From: Actinomycetota bacterium
GTDB taxonomy: Bacteria > Actinomycetota > Geothermincolia > Geothermincolales > RBG-13-55-18
Reading direction: 5' to 3'
DNA: 64,000 nucleotides
Assembly: GCA_040757835.1 (NCBI GenBank)
Contig: JBFLWJ010000008.1
Span: 58,464-122,463 of the forward strand
Position 1 is the first letter of the stretch, and the number at the start of each line of letters is the position of its first letter. Under the pieces are notes generated by a model that was not told the DNA's origin, searched no databases, and saw only the letters and a program-made list of their open reading frames with translations. The translations under genes and the position numbers were made by a program. Below, piece after piece: positions 30,206 through 40,595 of this stretch.

Positions 30206-32584
30206 ATGAAGCGTTCTAAGAGGGGCGGTAAGAGGTCCGGCGAGCCGGCAGCCGGAACCGCGGGTCCGGCACAGCCGGGCTCGGGCGGATCACGGCCACC
30301 CGGGCGGAAGGGCGGCCCCGAGCCCGGCGAACGCTTCGCCCTGTCCCTGCTGGAGTACTCCTTCGACCTCATCCTGCTAGTCGGACGGGACGGCAGCATC
30401 AACTACGTCAGCCCCTCCGCCGAGCGCATCCTCGGTTACCCGCCCTCCGAGGTCACCGGCTCCACCATCTTCGAGTTCATCCACCCCGATGACCTCGAGC
30501 GCGCCCGCGGCTTCTACTACACCCATACGGACAGCAAGACCTTCTCCCGCCTCATCACCCTGCGCGTGCGGCACCGCGACGGCTCCTGGCGCGAGCTGGA
30601 GGCCGTCGGCAATAACCTCCTCCACGACCCCGGCGTCAGGGGCATCGTGATCAGCGCGCGCGACATCACCGAGCGCCGCCTCCTGGAAGAGGACCTGCGC
30701 AGGAGCGAGGAGTACTTCCGTTACATCACCGAGAACACCCACGACATTATCTCTGTGCTCGACGCGGACGGCGTGCTGCGCTACGTAAGCCCCTCCATCA
30801 AGAACATCACCGGCTACGAGGCGGAGGAGATAATCGGTCAACGCGCCTTCGACTTGATCCATCCCGATGACATCGCCAATACCATGAGCATCTTCACCGA
30901 AGGCGTCCGGGAAAGCGCTCCCGCGGCCCGCGCCGAATACCGCTGGATGCACAAGGATGGGACCTGGCACATCCACGAGGCATTTGGGATAAACGCCCTC
31001 GACAACCCATCCATGCACGGCGTGATCGTGCATGCCCGCGACATTACCGAGCGCAAGAGATGGGAGGGGGCACTGCGCGAGTCAGAGGAGAAGTACCGCC
31101 TCATCTACGATTTCACCGGGGAGGCCATCTACACCTACGACACGGACTTCGTGGTCATCGGGGTCAACAAGAAGGCGTGCGAGCTCATCGGCTACGAGGA
31201 ACACGAGATACTAGGACGCAACATGCTGGAGCTGAACATCCTGCATCCGGACGACTACGAGCGGACCATGCGGGACATCCAGAGGCTGTATGCGGGCGAA
31301 GTGGTCAGGGACGAGCTGCGCTTCATCAGAAAGGACGGCAGCGTCGCCATCGGGGACGTCACCGGCGCTCCCCTCTATAACCATGAAGGGCTGATCATCG
31401 CCTTCACCAACGTGGCGCGGGACATCACCGAGAACCGGAATATGGAACTGCGGCTGGAGAGGTTCAACCAGTGCCTGCTCGAACTCGGACCGGACCCCCT
31501 GGAGAACATCAGGAAGATAGTCCTCACCGGCTCAGAGGTCCTGGAGGGATTCGGCCTCATATACGCGAGGATGGACAAAGGCCGCCTGCTGGTGTACTCC
31601 GCCGAAACCGCGGGGGACTTCATCGTCTGCGAGGACCCCGAGCGCTATCTCTGTTACGGCCTCATCAATGCGGGCCTCGAATCGTCCTTGAGCGTGGAGC
31701 AGATCGCGGGAACGCCGTACGAGGGCGACCCCTTCGCGACCGCCGGAGGTTTCCGCTCCTTCCTCGCCTACCCCACCCATTTGAGGGGCAAGATAGCCGG
31801 CTCGCTCTGCCTCTTCTCCACCGAACCGGGGTCGTTCAACCGTGACGACGTCAACCTCATGGGCATGCTCTCACGCGCCCTGACCATCGAGGAGGAGCGG
31901 CTCGCCCACGAGGAGAGCATCCGCCATTTCGTGGACATCGCCTCCCACGAGCTGCGCACTCCCCTGTCCATCATCAAGGGCTACGCCGACGCCTTCCAGT
32001 TCGGCGACCTCATGGAGCTCAACGATTTCCAACTGGAGAAGATACGTATCATCAACAGTAAAGCGGACAAGATGGCCAAGACCATCAACGACCTTCTCGA
32101 CCTCTCGCGCATCGAGCGGGGCCACTTCGTGGCCGAGAAGATGCTGGTGGAGGTCGAGCCCCTGGTGCGCAGCGCGGTCAGGCAGATGCAGGAGAAGGGC
32201 GCACCCAACGTGTTCGAGGTGGAGTTCTCCGACGGACTGGGGGAGTGGGAGATGGACCCGGAGCAGATCGTCGATGCCCTGCTCATCCTCCTGGACAACG
32301 CCGCACACTACTCTCCGCCCTCATCGAACATACGCATCGAGGCCGGGCCTTGCGAGGAGGGCATCTGTCTCTCGGTGCTGGACCGCGGAGCGGGGGTCCC
32401 GGAGAAGGACCGCGAGAGCATCTTCGAGCGTTTCTACCAGCTGGAGGACTCCCGGCACCATTCAGCCACCGGCATGGGGCTGGGCCTTTACATCGCCTGG
32501 GAGATCGTAAGGGCGCATGACGGCCGCATCTGGTACGAACCCCGCGACGGCGGCGGTTCCATATTCAGCATCGTCATCCCCTGA
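30206..32584 (+). CDS. multi-PAS sensor histidine kinase
   Basis: At least three PAS-like segments (GSINYVSPSAERILGY..., GVLRYVSPSIKNITGY..., VVIGVNKKACELIGY...). HisKA H-box SHELRTPLSII. HATPase N/G boxes LDNAAHYS, DRGAGV, GLGLYI. No adjacent response regulator. Confidence 0.8.
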   Translation: MKRSKRGGKRSGEPAAGTAGPAQPGSGGSRPPGRKGGPEPGERFALSLLEYSFDLILLVGRDGSINYVSPSAERILGYPPSEVTGSTIFEFIHPDDLERARGFYYTHTDSKTFSRLITLRVRHRDGSWRELEAVGNNLLHDPGVRGIVISARDITERRLLEEDLRRSEEYFRYITENTHDIISVLDADGVLRYVSPSIKNITGYEAEEIIGQRAFDLIHPDDIANTMSIFTEGVRESAPAARAEYRWMHKDGTWHIHEAFGINALDNPSMHGVIVHARDITERKRWEGALRESEEKYRLIYDFTGEAIYTYDTDFVVIGVNKKACELIGYEEHEILGRNMLELNILHPDDYERTMRDIQRLYAGEVVRDELRFIRKDGSVAIGDVTGAPLYNHEGLIIAFTNVARDITENRNMELRLERFNQCLLELGPDPLENIRKIVLTGSEVLEGFGLIYARMDKGRLLVYSAETAGDFIVCEDPERYLCYGLINAGLESSLSVEQIAGTPYEGDPFATAGGFRSFLAYPTHLRGKIAGSLCLFSTEPGSFNRDDVNLMGMLSRALTIEEERLAHEESIRHFVDIASHELRTPLSIIKGYADAFQFGDLMELNDFQLEKIRIINSKADKMAKTINDLLDLSRIERGHFVAEKMLVEVEPLVRSAVRQMQEKGAPNVFEVEFSDGLGEWEMDPEQIVDALLILLDNAAHYSPPSSNIRIEAGPCEEGICLSVLDRGAGVPEKDRESIFERFYQLEDSRHHSATGMGLGLYIAWEIVRAHDGRIWYEPRDGGGSIFSIVIP

Positions 32585-32589
32585 GGGCG

Positions 32590-34908
32590 CTACCTGCCGG
32601 TGTACATCTCGGCAAAGAACCAGCGCACTGACGCGCTGCTCACCCCCATGGAGACATGGCCGCCCTGGATGGGCTCCCGGCCGCGGCTCCCCCTGCCCAT
32701 GTCGAAATACATGACCCTCTCGCATGCGATGGGCTGGTCCGAAGTCAGCTCCAGGGCCACCTGGGAGGGACTCCCAAAAGCCGCCAGCTCGGAATTGACG
32801 CTCACCGTCGCGCGCGAGCGCGCACCTACGGTGTACACCTCGGCGTGGGTGCCCTCGCCCGGCCCCAGCATGTAGGTAGCCCTGACCGTGGCGACCTCGT
32901 CTCCCGGGTTCACCAGGAGGACGTACTCGTGGATGCCGGGGTACACGCTCCCCTCGGCGAACATCCACTTCCGGGCGGGCCTGGTGTTGCCGGGAGAGAC
33001 GTGCCCGTCGTCCCAGCCGCCGTTGTAGTCGAAGTACATCACCCTCTCGCAGGCGATGGGGCGGTCGCTGTCAACCACCACCGAGACGTCGCTGGCCGTG
33101 GCGAAGCTCTCGTTCACCAGGACGCTCCGTCGCGACCGGGGCGGCAGCACGACCCGCCGCGACCCGCGCTTCCCCGCCGGCGTGACGAAGGTGACCGTCG
33201 CTTCCGCCGCCTCCGGTGCCGGGTTGGCCAGGGATATCCATTCCTCGAAGTCCTCGCTCACATGGCCCTCGGCGAAGTACCACTGGGAGGAGAGGGCGCT
33301 GATGCCGGGCTTGGTGTGGCCGCCGTCCGCGATGAACCCCCCGTTCATGGCCGCATAGCGGAAGTAGACGGAGCGTTCGGCGACCACGGGCTGGTCCGTC
33401 TCCACCTTCACCGCCACCTCGCCCTTGACATACGAGTTGATGCAGTAGGTCCGGCGGGCCCCCGCCGCGACGCTCAGGTCGACCTCTACCGGGTCGCCGG
33501 AGAGCGGCATGAGGGTCATGGTCCCACTGGCCGTCCGCGTGCCGAAGTTGCCCAGGCAGATATATTCCTGGAAGGGGCCGGCATCGGACGTATAGCCCTC
33601 GGCGAAGTACCAGGTCGTGTTGGACTGCCGCGACCCGAAGGCGTCGGAACCTCCGTCCATCCACCCGCAGTAGCGGAAGTACATGGGACGCTCGGCCAGC
33701 AGGGGCGTCCCGTCGACGGAACGCACCCTCACCGACAGGTTCCTGTCCCGCAGGTAACGGTTGGCGTTGCAGTCGATGGTGATGCGCGCGTCTCCCGGGA
33801 CCTCGCGGTAGATGGTCAGGTACTCTCCCTGCTCGTCGCAGAAGGTCACCTCGGCCCAGGTGGACGCGTCATTCGGATTGGCGATGCAGACGAAGGGAAA
33901 GAAGTTGTAGGAGGTGTCCTCGGCCTTGAAGACGTCGCGGCTGTCGTGGGGAAAGCAGGGCTCTCCCAGGTCGGTATTGTCTCCGTCGCCGTTCTTGTCC
34001 CCCGGTGCCACCCCGAAGACTTCCTTTGCGGTAAGCCCGGGGTCGCCCGCCCAGGCGGGCTGGCTCCAGACGTCCCGGTTGGTGCTGCCGGGGAAACGGT
34101 TCTTGCGATAGGTGATGCCGTAACCGCCCAGATAATAATGGGCGCCGGTGATGAACTGGTAGCCACTGCCGGCCGCGAAGGAGGTGGAGAGGTCGGGCAC
34201 CGTGAGTTCGGCGATGGGGGTCGCGTAGTTCTTGAAGAGGTTTCTCAGGTAGGCGGGAGTGCCGCCGACGATCGCCGTGGCCGTGTAGGACCCTATCGCG
34301 GTCGAGGGGTGCAGGAAGGTGTACGAGTACTCGTTTATCCTGCGCATGACCTCGCTCTGCGGCAGCAGTCCCGCGCCGCTGTTCAAGTCGAGGGCCTCGA
34401 CCCCGGTGGAGAAACAGGTATGCCGCATGACCACCATGGCACCTGGCGCCAGGCGTATCTCCTCCGCCCAGTGGTTGCGGTAGTCCCCGAACAACCTGGC
34501 CTCGTCCCATCCCTGCGGAGTGCCTGTCTGACCTGCCCATGCCGCGTCCTGGGGCAGGTGGAAAGCCCATCGGCTCGCGTCGCCGTGACCGTAGTAGATG
34601 AGGAGGTTGTAGCTCTTGCCGTCCACTCGCTGGTGCAACTGGTAATGCGGACACGGGATGATGCCGCCGCTCTCGTTGTAGGCGTCGAGTATCTCAACGT
34701 CGAAGCCGAACTCCCACAGCGTCCTCACCGTCTCCTGCAGGTCGGAGACGCAGCTGGACCTCAGGCTCTCCCCCGGTGCGAAGGCGAGGACCAGGAGGGC
34801 TCTGGGGGTCACGGCGGCTTCGGCGGCCCGGTCCGCCGGCAGGGGCACCGCCAGGACCATGGTCAGCGCCAGGAAGGTCGCCACCAACGGCAGCGCTTGC
34901 TTTCTCAT
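32590..34908 (-). CDS. secreted multi-repeat protein (N-terminal putative caspase-fold/C25-like peptidase domain + 4 tandem roughly 115-aa repeats)
   Basis: Signal peptide MRKQALPLVATFLALTMVLAVPLPA. N-terminal domain has LLIYYGHGD and RHTCFSTG (a His-Gly / Cys dyad pattern). There are four repeats, each with ER(P/S/V)MYF(R/D)Y ... W(Y/M/F)FAEG. Confidence 0.55.
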   Translation of the reverse strand: MRKQALPLVATFLALTMVLAVPLPADRAAEAAVTPRALLVLAFAPGESLRSSCVSDLQETVRTLWEFGFDVEILDAYNESGGIIPCPHYQLHQRVDGKSYNLLIYYGHGDASRWAFHLPQDAAWAGQTGTPQGWDEARLFGDYRNHWAEEIRLAPGAMVVMRHTCFSTGVEALDLNSGAGLLPQSEVMRRINEYSYTFLHPSTAIGSYTATAIVGGTPAYLRNLFKNYATPIAELTVPDLSTSFAAGSGYQFITGAHYYLGGYGITYRKNRFPGSTNRDVWSQPAWAGDPGLTAKEVFGVAPGDKNGDGDNTDLGEPCFPHDSRDVFKAEDTSYNFFPFVCIANPNDASTWAEVTFCDEQGEYLTIYREVPGDARITIDCNANRYLRDRNLSVRVRSVDGTPLLAERPMYFRYCGWMDGGSDAFGSRQSNTTWYFAEGYTSDAGPFQEYICLGNFGTRTASGTMTLMPLSGDPVEVDLSVAAGARRTYCINSYVKGEVAVKVETDQPVVAERSVYFRYAAMNGGFIADGGHTKPGISALSSQWYFAEGHVSEDFEEWISLANPAPEAAEATVTFVTPAGKRGSRRVVLPPRSRRSVLVNESFATASDVSVVVDSDRPIACERVMYFDYNGGWDDGHVSPGNTRPARKWMFAEGSVYPGIHEYVLLVNPGDEVATVRATYMLGPGEGTHAEVYTVGARSRATVSVNSELAAFGSPSQVALELTSDQPIACERVMYFDMGRGSRGREPIQGGHVSMGVSSASVRWFFAEMYTGR

Positions 34909-35937
34909 ATCATCACCCGCTCACGATGCGGCATCTCCGGATAAATCGCGGCAATACTATATCATCGCGGTCTTTTTGTACATGTCTTCTAGCAACGGCC
35001 GTGGAATCCTGTCTCCTACGTGAAAAACGGGCACCCGTATGGGAAATGGCGGGCATCAGGAAGGCATCTGCCAGGCAAAACGCTTTCTCAACGGGCTTGT
35101 GACAGGCGTGTTACCATTATGTATAAAAGATGTTACGACTGTATGAAAACGCTAAAGAACGGGGACCCCACTGCCGATACATTCGTTGTCTGTATGTATG
35201 ATCGTGCGGACTGCAAAGAAGGTGTGAGGATGCAAAGGAAACCGGCAAGAGACCTCTTCATCGACTCTTCCTGCAGGCGGACGGGGCTCCTCAAGACCCT
35301 GCTGCAGAGGCACAGGCACAAGCAAGCCCAGGACGTGTCTGGGGACGGACCGAACACGCACGGAGACTGCGCTTTCCTGTCCACGGGAATGGCGGAGTGC
35401 AAGGGCGAGAACGATAAGTCCCCCATGCGAAAAGTGGTCAGCCTGTAGCTCCCGACCACACTGGAAGAAGGAGTGGCGGCCACACGGCTGGACACCCGAC
35501 CCCCCGGACAGGCCGGAGGAGGCCGTGAAGCGCCGTTACGCATAATCTTCCCCCCTGGCACGCCGACTGCAGCTCCCCCCATGGGCGGTCTCCAAACACC
35601 CAAATCCCTGGTGATACTGGGCCTTCTCACAAATGATCTTTATCATTCCCCGGGAATGAACCTTTTTTGTTCTGGCGCGTCATAAGGGGCAGAAGGAGGT
35701 TTCAGAAGGCCATGAACAAGAGCAGAGAACAAGAGGTTTACATAAACCCCAGCCTGCGCCGATCCCGTGCGCTAAGATCGATGCTGCCCGTGTTGCTCTC
35801 CAGGCGTGCCGAGACCGGGAACATCCGTTCCTTTCACGGCGAGCCTGACAAGAAGACGCGCTAGAGGAAGTCCTTGACCCCGTCCCACCCCCGAGTATCC
35901 CCTCACTTATAAGGGGCGGGGTCCCCCTATGTATCGG

Positions 35938-36030
35938 AGGGGGTCAGCCCCTGACAAGTGACATTGTGCTGCGTTACTGCAACCAGAGCTTCGAGTATGC
36001 TTGGCATGTCACATGTCTGGGGCTGACCCC
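35938..36030. repeat. large imperfect inverted repeat (26-bp arms, 2 mismatches, roughly 40-nt loop)
   Basis: GGGGTCAGCCCCTGACAAGTGACATTG ... CATGTCACATGTCTGGGGCTGACCCC. It lies immediately downstream of the minus-strand uxaA-like gene. Confidence 0.7.
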
Positions 36031-36042
36031 ATAGGAGACCCC

Positions 36043-37218
36043 TCAGAAGGAAGGGGTGACGGTGTAGAGGCAGAGGATGCCGTCCTGGCGGTTGATCTCC
36101 GCTTTGGTCAGCTCACCGCCCAGTACCCGCACGACGAGGCCTATTATCTCCTCCGCTACGTCCCCCAGGGTCTTCCCCTCCAGCACCGCGCCGGCGTTCA
36201 CGTCCATATCGTCCTCCATGGCGCGGTAGAGGCGGCCGTTGCTGGCCACCTTGATCACCGGCAGCAGGGGGAACCCGATGGGGTTGCCGCGTCCGGTGGT
36301 GAAGATCATGAGCTGGCATCCCGACGCCGCCAGGCCGGCGATGTTCTCCGTGTCGTAACCGGGACCGTCCATGATCACCAGGCCCTTCTCGCGGGGAGGT
36401 TCGGCGTAATCCACCACCTCGTTGATGGTCGAGCTGCCACCTTTGAGGATGCATCCCAGGGACTTCTCGCGGATGGAGCTCATGCCCCCGTCAATGTTCC
36501 CGGGCGCGATGACCTGGCTGGCCAGGGGGCCAAGGATCTCGTGGGCGCGGCGCTCCGCCGCCGCTATTCGAGAGGCGATCTCGCGCGCCACATCCTCGTT
36601 GCGGGAGCGGCGCTCCAGGATGTGGCTGGTGCCGATCATCTCCGTGGTCTCGCTGAAGATGGCCGTGCCGCCGCGTTCCACCAGCCAGTCTGCGACCAGC
36701 CCTACGCTGGGGTTGGCGGTGACGCCGGAGAAGGCGTCGGAGCCGCCGCACTCCAGGCCCAGGACCACGGCGCTCAAGGGGAAGGTTTCCCTCTCCTGCT
36801 TCGCCGCCGCGTCCAGCATGCCACGCGCTATCTCGACTCCCTTTGCCGCCGCCCGCCGCGAGCCCCCCACGTCCTGGATGTTGAAGTACTCCACCGGCTT
36901 GCCGGTGTGGGACATCCGCTCCGCCAGGTACTCCGCCTTGATCACCTCGCACCCCAGGCCCACCACGAGGACGCTATAGACGTTGGGGTTGCGTGCCAGG
37001 TTGGCCAGGGTCTTGAAGTGGAGCCCCAGGTCCTCGCCGCCCCGGCCGCAGCCGTGGCCGTGGGGCAGCGGTACCGCCCCCGGCAGCTCCCTGGCGATGG
37101 CGGCGACGACCCCGTTGGCGCAGGCCACGGAGGGGATGACCGCGACGTGGTTCCTCACCCCGGCGGAGCCGTCCGGCCTGGCATATCCCTCGAAGCCGTC
37201 CACGTCCATCTCTGTCAC
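36043..37218 (-). CDS. UxaA-family (altronate/galactarate dehydratase-like) large subunit
   Basis: 391 aa with Cys/His-rich metal site (PHGHGCGRGG) and the GD/AltD-like C-terminal domain (VIMDGPGYDTE...MIFTTGRGNP). Confidence 0.65.
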   Translation of the reverse strand: MTEMDVDGFEGYARPDGSAGVRNHVAVIPSVACANGVVAAIARELPGAVPLPHGHGCGRGGEDLGLHFKTLANLARNPNVYSVLVVGLGCEVIKAEYLAERMSHTGKPVEYFNIQDVGGSRRAAAKGVEIARGMLDAAAKQERETFPLSAVVLGLECGGSDAFSGVTANPSVGLVADWLVERGGTAIFSETTEMIGTSHILERRSRNEDVAREIASRIAAAERRAHEILGPLASQVIAPGNIDGGMSSIREKSLGCILKGGSSTINEVVDYAEPPREKGLVIMDGPGYDTENIAGLAASGCQLMIFTTGRGNPIGFPLLPVIKVASNGRLYRAMEDDMDVNAGAVLEGKTLGDVAEEIIGLVVRVLGGELTKAEINRQDGILCLYTVTPSF

Positions 37219-37227
37219 CCGCCGCCC

Positions 37228-37491
37228 TCAATCCTCGACCACCAGGTTGTGGGTGTGCACCCAGTCCCCCTCGGGGATGTCCCGGCTGGCCTGCCCGATG
37301 ACCTCGCCGTACTTGATGATGTCCTCGCCGCGCTCGAAATGCCGCAGGGCGACCTTGTGGCTGTAAGGGATGCCGTCCGCGGCCGTTATCTCCCGCCCGT
37401 CGGGGAGGCAAACCTTCCCGCCCTTCGCGACGTCCTCCAGGGTCACCGCCACGTTGTCGGCTTCGATGATGATGAGCGCGTTGGGCTTCAC
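37228..37491 (-). CDS. SAF-domain protein / UxaA N-terminal small subunit
   Basis: GTG start preceded by GGGAGTGAGGGGG. The 88-aa beta-clip-like sequence VKPNALIIIEADNVAVTLEDVAKGGKV is typical of split UxaA N-terminal SAF domains. Confidence 0.5.
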   Translation of the reverse strand: MKPNALIIIEADNVAVTLEDVAKGGKVCLPDGREITAADGIPYSHKVALRHFERGEDIIKYGEVIGQASRDIPEGDWVHTHNLVVED

Positions 37492-37505
37492 GGCATGCCG
37501 CCCCC

Positions 37506-38630
37506 TCACTCCCAGCGGAAGAACTTGATCGACGCAAGGAGGGCGATGATGCCCATGGCCACCAGCACCAATATGTCCACCCACACGTCCATCAGGCTTG
37601 CCGAGTCGATCATCACCTGGCGCAGGGCGTCGCCCAGGTAATAGAGGGGCAGGCACTGGGCGATGACCTTGAGGGGAGCGGGCACCCATTCCACCGAGAA
37701 GAATATGCCGGAGAGGAACATCATGGGCATGGCGATGGCCTGGGAAGCCAGGCCGGCGCTGCGCATGTTCTTGGTCAGGGAGGCGATGAGGAAGCCCAGG
37801 GCCAGGAAGGAAAGGGCGCCGATGATCACCAGCACGAAAATGTAGAGATAGCTGCCGTTGATGTGCAGGTTGAAGGCGAAGACCCCCACCAGTAGCAGCA
37901 GTACGGACTGGACCAGGGTGAAGATGAGCACCGATAGTATGCCGCTGGAGAGGTAGGTGGCCAGGGAGAGGGGCGACACCTTGATGCGGCGCAGGATGCC
38001 CTTCTCGCGGTAGGAGGCTATCTCCAGGCTGTAGCCCGCCAGCCCCCCGAACATGAGCACCATGGCCAGGATGCCGGGGACCATGAAATCGATGTACTCG
38101 AAGTCCTTGACGTCCTGGGCCGCCTCCTCGTTGACCGCTATCATCTGCAGGGACCCGGACATCGCCTCGTCGAGGTTGTACAGGACCCCGCTGAGGGAGG
38201 AGAGGATACCGTTGAGCGTGGCCGTGGTTATCTGGGCGGTGGAGACCTCGGACTGGTTGACGATGATCGTCACCTCCGCCTGCTCTCCCGCCGCGACTTT
38301 CTCCCCGAACCCCTCTGGTATGATGACGACGGCGTTACGGTCGCCGTCCTTGATGGCGGCCCTTTCCTCCTCCTCGCTGCCCGTCTCCACCACCAATCCC
38401 TCCTTGATGCGGGGATCATCTCCGGTGAAGGCGCCCATGACGATCTGGCTCTGAAGCGAACCGTCCAGGTCCACAATCCCGACCTTCAGCTTCACCTCCC
38501 CGCTGGAGCCGAAGACGAAACCCAGGATGACCATGAGCAGGACGGGGAAGAGGAAGAGCCAGAAGAGGGCCTCGCGCTGGCGCAGGGTCATCTTCACGTT
38601 GTAACCGAAGATCTTGAAGAACTTGCTCAC
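37506..38630 (-). CDS. ABC-2 type transporter permease
   Basis: N-terminal TM, large periplasmic loop and five C-terminal TM helices. Overlaps the upstream ATPase gene. Confidence 0.7.
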   Translation of the reverse strand: MSKFFKIFGYNVKMTLRQREALFWLFLFPVLLMVILGFVFGSSGEVKLKVGIVDLDGSLQSQIVMGAFTGDDPRIKEGLVVETGSEEEERAAIKDGDRNAVVIIPEGFGEKVAAGEQAEVTIIVNQSEVSTAQITTATLNGILSSLSGVLYNLDEAMSGSLQMIAVNEEAAQDVKDFEYIDFMVPGILAMVLMFGGLAGYSLEIASYREKGILRRIKVSPLSLATYLSSGILSVLIFTLVQSVLLLLVGVFAFNLHINGSYLYIFVLVIIGALSFLALGFLIASLTKNMRSAGLASQAIAMPMMFLSGIFFSVEWVPAPLKVIAQCLPLYYLGDALRQVMIDSASLMDVWVDILVLVAMGIIALLASIKFFRWE

Positions 38631-39541
38631 TCCCGGATCCTCCTGCCCGTTATCTTGAGGAAGACGTCCTCCAGGGTGGCCCGCTTCATGTTGATGTCGT
38701 CCGCCTGCACCCCCAGCTCGTGGGCCATGGCCACGATGCCGATGAGGGTCTCCTGGGGCACGGCGGTGGTGACCCTGTAATCCCCGCCGTCCGCATCCAC
38801 GCCGATGACGCCGTGAAGTCCCCGCACTACCTCCTCCTCCACCGGCGGGGTGAGGCGGAAGGTGATGATGCTGTCGGACACGTACGCGTTGATTAGCTCG
38901 TCGGGGGTGCCCCGGGCGATGATGTGTCCTTGGTCCATCACCGCCACGCGGTCGCAGAGGTACTCGGCCTCCTCGATGTAGTGGGTGGTGATGACCACCG
39001 TCTTGTCCTGCTCCCGCAGGTGCTCCACCATCTCCCAGATGCGGCGCCGCGCCTGGGGGTCGAGGCCGGTGGTGGGCTCGTCGAGGAAGACGATGCCGGG
39101 GTCGTTGACCAGGGCCAGGGCTATGGACAGGCGCTTGTGCTGTCCCCCCGACAGCGAGTTGACCCGCGCGTCCGCTTTATCCCGCAGTTCGGCCAGGGCG
39201 ATGAGTTCGTCCACGGGAAGGGTGCGGGGGTAGAAGGCGCCGAAGAGGTCGATGGTCTCGCGCACCGTCAGCTCGTCGAAGAAGACGGTGGTCTGGAGCT
39301 GTACGCCGATGATCTCCTTCACCGCCCGGGGGTCGGCGCGCACGTCCAGGCCCATGACCTCGATCTGCCCGGAGTCGGGTTCGCGCAGGGTCTCGACCAT
39401 CTCCAGGGTGGTGGTCTTGCCGGCGCCGTTGGGCCCCAGGATGCCGAAGATCTCCTTCTCCTCGATCTCCAGGTCTATCCCGTCCACGGCCTTGATGTCG
39501 CCGTAGTATTTCTTCAATCCCCGTATGGATATGGACGGCAT
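38627..39541 (-). CDS. ABC transporter ATP-binding protein
   Basis: GPNGAGKTT, LSGGQHKRLSIA and VFLDEPTTGLD motifs. Confidence 0.85.
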   Translation of the reverse strand: MPSISIRGLKKYYGDIKAVDGIDLEIEEKEIFGILGPNGAGKTTTLEMVETLREPDSGQIEVMGLDVRADPRAVKEIIGVQLQTTVFFDELTVRETIDLFGAFYPRTLPVDELIALAELRDKADARVNSLSGGQHKRLSIALALVNDPGIVFLDEPTTGLDPQARRRIWEMVEHLREQDKTVVITTHYIEEAEYLCDRVAVMDQGHIIARGTPDELINAYVSDSIITFRLTPPVEEEVVRGLHGVIGVDADGGDYRVTTAVPQETLIGIVAMAHELGVQADDINMKRATLEDVFLKITGRRIRE

Positions 39542-39587
39542 GGCCTCCCTCTCTACGCGGTCAACGTCCCATATTATATACGAGGTC

Positions 39588-40595
39588 CTACCTGTTCTTC
39601 TCCACGCACTCCCGCACCGCGGCGGCGATGGTCTGCGCGGTGGGCGCGCAGGCCGCCTCCAGCACCGGGGAGAAGGGAACGGGCTGGTCCTTGGCCGCCA
39701 CCCGCACCACCGGCCCCTTGAGGTCGCTCCAGGCTTCCGCGGTGACCAGCGCGGAGATCTCCGCCCCCACCCCGCCGGTTAGGCACCCCTCCTCCACGGT
39801 GACCAGCCGGCCCGTCTTGCGCACGGAAGCGAGCAGTGCCTGCTTGTCCAGCGGTACCAGGGTGCGCGGGTCTATGACCTCCGCACTGATGCCGTCCCTG
39901 GCCAGGGAGTTGGCGGCGCTCACGGCCGAGGAGACCATGCCCGACACCGCGAAGACGGTCACGTCCTCGCCCTCCCGCAGTACCGCGGCCTGGCCCATGG
40001 GGACGGTGAACTGGGGGTCCGTAGGCACTTCCTCCGATGCGAAGTAGAGGGCTTTGTGCTCGAAGAAGAGGACCGGGTCGTCGTCCCTGATGGCCGACTT
40101 GAGCAGCCCCTTGGCGTCCACCGGACCCGAGGGCACGCATATCTTCAGCCCGGGGATGTGCATGAACAAGGCCTCCAGGCACTGCGAGTGCTGGGCCGCG
40201 GAGGAGGTGAGCATGCCCCCCGGGGCCCGGATGACCAGGGGCACTTTCACCTGCCCGCCGGTCATGAAGCGGATCTTGGCGGCCTGGTTTATGATCTGGT
40301 CCATGCACACGGTCATGAAGTCGGCGAACATGATCTCCACCACCGGGCGCATGCCGGTGATGGCCGCGCCCACCGCCGCCCCCACGAAGGCGCTCTCGGT
40401 GATGGGAGTGTCCAGCACCCGCGACTCGCCCACCTCGAGGTGGAGGTCCTTGGTGGGGCCGAAGATGCTGAAGCGGATGTCCTCCCCCATGAGGAAGACG
40501 GACGGGTCCAGCTCCATCTCCTCCTTCAGGGCCAGCCTGACGGCCTGGAAGTAGGTGAGGAACTCGGTCTCGGCAGCCATGGTCTCCGCCATCAC
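39588..40595 (-). CDS. TPP-dependent 2-oxoacid/acetoin dehydrogenase E1 component, beta subunit
   Basis: Transketolase-like pyrimidine-binding and C-terminal domains. 335 aa. Overlaps the E1 alpha stop. Confidence 0.8.
   Translation of the reverse strand: MMAETMAAETEFLTYFQAVRLALKEEMELDPSVFLMGEDIRFSIFGPTKDLHLEVGESRVLDTPITESAFVGAAVGAAITGMRPVVEIMFADFMTVCMDQIINQAAKIRFMTGGQVKVPLVIRAPGGMLTSSAAQHSQCLEALFMHIPGLKICVPSGPVDAKGLLKSAIRDDDPVLFFEHKALYFASEEVPTDPQFTVPMGQAAVLREGEDVTVFAVSGMVSSAVSAANSLARDGISAEVIDPRTLVPLDKQALLASVRKTGRLVTVEEGCLTGGVGAEISALVTAEAWSDLKGPVVRVAAKDQPVPFSPVLEAACAPTAQTIAAAVRECVEKNR

Noticed and set aside
32656-34944. 762-aa plus-strand ORF opposite the secreted repeat protein
   Set aside because: Antisense shadow frame. 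The minus-strand gene has a signal peptide and internal repeats.
35119-35448. Cys-rich 110-aa ORF (MYKRCYDCMKTLK...) in the 1.1-kb spacer
   Set aside because: No SD sequence, atypical codon usage and composition, and it lies in a structured AT-richer region. It is retained only as a possibility inside the spacer finding.
36001-37641. 546-aa plus-strand ORF across the uxaA locus
   Set aside because: Antisense to two well-supported genes. Low-complexity translation.
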